The notes under the pieces are model-generated. The model searched no databases, was not told the origin of the DNA, and saw nothing but the letters and a program-made list of their open reading frames with translations. This document shows positions 16,376-20,000 of a stretch of DNA of 20,000 bases, one piece after another; position 1 is the first letter of the stretch; each line of letters starts with the position of its first letter. The stretch is from Thraustochytrium aureum (lineage: Eukaryota). The DNA lies in the NCBI GenBank assembly GCA_012862495.1, contig BLSG01000402.1, positions 655,835 through 675,834 of the forward strand. The letters are read 5' to 3'. The translations under genes were made by a program, and so were the position numbers.

Positions 16376-18718
16376 TTCCTTCCGCTCGCAACGGCTAGGC
16401 CTGCTACGGTGACGCCTACAGCGAGTCCATCGAACCGCCAGTTGGAGCCTATTATTGCAAAACCTTTCGCGTGGTTAGGAAATCGGCGACATTTGAACCA
16501 GTGGTCCACCTTTCCGAGACGTTTTCTCCCTTTCTCTTGCCCATTGTTGCGCAGGCAGCACGCGTGCGGCGAGATCAAGTCTCCATTCACGACGCGAGGA
16601 GCGGGAGCGTCATTGTCGAGTTCGGGATCTCGCACCCGCTGGACTCGGCGGCCGAGTCCTTCTCTACGCGGGCCAGAAATCGCTTGTGCTCGAGTATGAG
16701 CGGACTTGGTATTGCAGAACGAGTTATTGAAATTGGGCGAAAGGAGAGCGCGGAGCAGCTCTTCGGTCTTGTGGACGCGTAATTTGAGAGTACAGGAGCG
16801 CCGGCCCCATCTCCAGAGAGTGGCGTCTTCGCGATTGTTGGCGGCGTGGTCGGCACGTTAATTGGCCTCACTTTCTTGCTCCTCGTTGTCCTTCGCCACC
16901 ACCGAGCACGCAAGGCTGCCAGGAACTGCATCAACTCAAAATAGCAACTCCCTGAGGAGCCGCAAAATGACATCGAACAAGCCCCTGTAAAGGGATTCGA
17001 GGGCGACAAAAGCGAAGCAGAAACGGCGCAAATCCGCGCCATCGGCATTGCTGAGGCGTTCTCATCCTGGAGTGGTTCGACGAGCAGCACAGAGACCTTT
17101 ACAAAGCCAGTCAAACCTCGCAGTCTACTAGCTAGCTAGAAAGCACCAAGAAAGAGTGCTGCTCGCCATGCATGTGGCGCAAGCTTTAGCCGAGCTGGTT
17201 GAGGAGGTTTTGGGGCTCTCGATCAAGCGTGACGGGATTCTCGCTGCAGCAAACCGATGCTGCCTTTGCCGCAAGCGCGCGGGATGCCCAAGGCGCGCAA
17301 CCGCTTGACGAGTCCGATGCGCTGATGACCGAGCTGGGCAACCTCGTCACTCGGGCTGGGGAGCTTTCCCCGGAGAACACCGAAGAAAGTAGCAAGTGCC
17401 AAGGGCCACGTTGCGTTGCACGAGGCGATCTATGCCGCGACAGCACGGCGGCGCCACGACACCGCGATGGACGCATTGGTGAGAAAGATCAACGCTACGC
17501 TGGACTGCTGCGGGGCCGTGGCCGCCCCGAATGCCGTTGCGACACCGGATGACGCAGCAGAGAAGTTTGATAAGTACGCAATCGATATGGCCTGTGCCCG
17601 CCGGATCACCCGCCTTCTGGCCAACCACAACTGCCGCAACGAGCTCGGCATGGCCAACGAAACAGCGGGCGCCAACACGATTGTTGGCGCACCGGATGAG
17701 CGGGCGACAGCGCGCGCTTGTATTCAGAAAGCACGGGCTCGCGAACTCGAAAACGCGTGTCGTCGGGTCGTGTCAGATTTCGAGAGTGCCGACCCAACCG
17801 CTTGTCGGGTGCTTGACGATCTAGCGACTTCCTTGACGATCCAAGTGACTAAGGACCGCGCGGATGTCCGACTAGAAGATCTCGAGTTTGGCGAGCTTCT
17901 CGGTCAAGGCGGTTTTGACGTAGTCGTTCAAGCCACCTGACATGCCGAGGATGTCGCGGTCAAGGTGATCGACGAGGCTGGCGCTGCGATGCTATCTGCA
18001 AGCGCGGTGATAGAGTTTGCGGGGGAGCTTGAGCGCTGGCGCCGTCTGCTCCACCCCAACGTCGTGCTCTTGATCGGGCACATGTTTGACCGGGCAAACA
18101 GCCAGTTTGGCTGTGCCATGGAGCGCTGCGACCGGTCGCTGAGCGACATGCTATACAAAAGCCCGGACCCGATCAATCTCACCGTTTTGGGTCGTGTCGG
18201 GACGGGGGTTGCGCAAGGACTTGAGTATCTCCACAGCAAGGGAATCGTGCATCGCGACGTCAAGCCGCAAAATGTTCTTCTGTCGAGCGGCATCACTGAG
18301 GTCAAGCTCTGCGACTTTGGGATGAGCATGTCTAAGACCGAGACGCAGTTGCGCACGCTGATGGAGCGGCCGGCGGAGCTCCGGGATACGTCGCTCCAGA
18401 GTTGTGCGCGGCGATTCCACGTGTCAGCTTCAAGAGCGACATTTTTAGCTGAGCCGGGCTGAGCACGCTGGTCGGTGCCAGCGCCCATTTCAGAACGTGC
18501 CCCTCGCTTCGATATCTGGAGCGATTAAGTGCGGCGAGCGGCCGCCTCCGCGAAGGGCCTCCACAGTGTTTCCAGATTGGGTATTCTCATTGATAGAGTT
18601 GTGCGGGGACGATAGCCGCCCCACCGCCGCTCAGGTCGCCCCCATTTTGGAGTTAGAGCTCCCTGTCGAAGTCAAATTGTTCCTCCCGCATGCGGCACCT
18701 GCAATGACCTGCACGTAG
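15524..18718 (+). pseudogene. Decayed single-pass receptor-like kinase: FG-GAP-like propeller repeats, Pro/Thr stalk, SEA-like segment, TM helix, helical region, TKL-type kinase
   Basis: Five repeats of WTQxGxDIxG...SVSLSSDGKTVxIGA...AGHVRxY; stalk ATARPATVTPTASPS; RSGSVIVEF; TM VFAIVGGVVGTLIGLTFLLLVVL (16825-16893) then RHHRARK. Kinase motifs are GQGGF, VAVK, HRDVKPQN (18250), DFG (18313), GYVAPE (~18384-18401, shifted frame) and SDIFS. In-frame stops lie at 16253, 16780, 16942, 17938 and 18450, with several frameshifts. Confidence 0.85.
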
Positions 18719-18982
18719 CTCGCACTCGCCAGCAGCAGCATGCTCGAGTTGTGATCTGAACATTTTTTCGCGAGTTGTGAATGAAGATGAATGGTAAAAC
18801 CGGACACCTCTGTGCGCGACTGAAGCCGCGCGCTGACGAGATCCCAGCCGGTCCCATAGGAACTGGACTCGCGAGTCGCAACCAAAAGTCTGAAGAGCGT
18901 GATGACAAATTCTGGCTAACATCCTTGTCCTTGTCCCTCTACTGTGGGCTCTACGCCAGGCACCTAGCCGAGCAGCCGCGCC

Positions 18983-19784
18983 CTAGCGATTTTCTTGGGT
19001 TGGCCAACAGCGCAGACCGGGGATTTGATATAGCGACAGTCTGCTCAACCGTGCTCGTGTAGAGTGGGCGCAGCGTCCCTTTTGTTTGTCGAAGAGCGCC
19101 TCTAGTGCGTCTGCGTCCACGTCGCACGCTCAGCCCTTTGCACGTGTGTGTGCCGCGGTCTGGGCCGCCAGCCTGCGCAGCAGGCGGCTGCGCGACTTGG
19201 AAGCTCCGTCTTCTGGCTCCTCGCGCGCGCGTTGCGTGATGTTGCGGCTTGTGCCGGATTTGCCTGCTTGGCGCGCGTCGGTGGACAGCGCCGCGATCTC
19301 CGAGCACAGCTCCGCCAGGGCCAGGTCCACGTCGCGCCTTCTGGAAACGGCGCGTCCTTTACTTTTGTTTTGGCGTGCTGCAAGTCGCCGCGCGATCGCC
19401 ACACGCGTGGGATCAGCCCAGTAGCCGTACCAGGAGAAACGAGAAACAGCAAAGCATCGAACACGCCCATCAGAAAGAACGCAGCCAGTCAGCCAGAGTG
19501 ACGAGAGGCCAATAAAAAAATCAAGGATGCTGAAGCAAGTCGCCAGCAATACCGCTAGCAACAGCAGCCCCGGAGCAGCAGCAGCAACGGTAGCAGCACG
19601 CCTCGCCGCTGAGCCTGCGGAAGTTCACCAGCGCCGCTACGCTGTGGCGGCAGAAAGCCCGGACTCGACTTCTCGCCCTCATGAGGCCGGCGTGGGCCCG
19701 CTCCAGCAACCCGCCCTCGTGGCGCAGCGAGATGTCCCTATTGGCGCCGCTAAAAAAAAGGTTGCACCTCCGTCCCAACCACAT
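18983..19784 (-). pseudogene. Probable decayed gene: hydrophobic TM segments followed by a basic helix and an HNH/His-Me-finger-like motif
   Basis: Hydrophobic stretches are split across frames (GLLLLAVLLATCFSILDFFIGLSSLWL; LAAFFLMGVFDALLFLV). Reading through the TGA at 19130-19132 gives RLLRRLAAQTAAHTRAKG*ACDVDADALEALFDKQKGRCAHS...LSLYQI...TQEN*. Boundaries are approximate. Confidence 0.4.
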
Positions 19785-19934
19785 GGAGGTCCATGTTGCA
19801 ACGACGCAAGTGTTCCCAATACTCTTCTGTGGCTCGAGCTAGGTTGTCCAGTCCAGGTTAACTTGAGGTTAGGTTGGCAGCTGGTAGAGCGTGCCAGCAG
19901 TCAAGTCAGGCAGAGCGAGGCAGGCAAGGGCGCG

Positions 19935-20000
19935 ATGGCGCAGCAAGGCGGCGAGCGCAAGGTCCAGGTCGTGCTGCTGCACGAGGACGACACCAATGAT
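19935..20000 (+). CDS. Possible 5' end of a gene running off the right edge (MAQQGGERKVQVVLLHEDDTND...)
   Basis: gcgATGG start context like other genes here (LZTFL1, eIF2B-alpha), GC3-rich codons, open to the window end. Only 22 codons are visible. Confidence 0.4.
   Translation, partial: MAQQGGERKVQVVLLHEDDTND

Noticed and set aside
15524..18718. Stop-codon reassignment or programmed readthrough explaining the in-frame TAG/TAA/TGA codons
   Set aside because: All three stop types occur together with frameshifts and deletions, and neighbouring conserved genes use TAA, TAG and TGA as normal terminators.
19776..19788. 13-bp match CAACCACATGGAG shared with 11417-11429
   Set aside because: It is too short and isolated to support a dispersed repeat or element terminus.

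Overview
Gene-dense, GC-rich, intron-poor eukaryotic (protist) genomic DNA with one assembly gap (N run 10623-11120). A flagellated stramenopile such as a thraustochytrid is plausible, but that is inference only. Recognisable housekeeping genes are eIF2B-alpha, a LENG8/THP3-type SAC3/GANP protein, LZTFL1/BBS17 and METTL9 (one 76-bp GT-AG intron). The window also holds a VWA (MIDAS) protein and an unknown membrane/coiled-coil protein with a mitochondrial-type presequence. The most interesting gene (3179-5107, +) joins an N-terminal helical bundle, a pseudokinase (HRD->HGH, degenerate Gly loop) and a degenerate Rho/Ras-like G domain. This is an MLKL-like layout with an added pseudo-GTPase, and it lies head-to-head with the VWA gene. 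The right-hand 4.5 kb contains a decayed receptor-like kinase (FG-GAP-like repeats, SEA-like segment, TM helix, helical region, TKL-type kinase, possibly a TIR remnant). It also contains a decayed minus-strand gene combining TM segments with an HNH-like motif. All domain calls are by-eye motif recognition; no searches were run.
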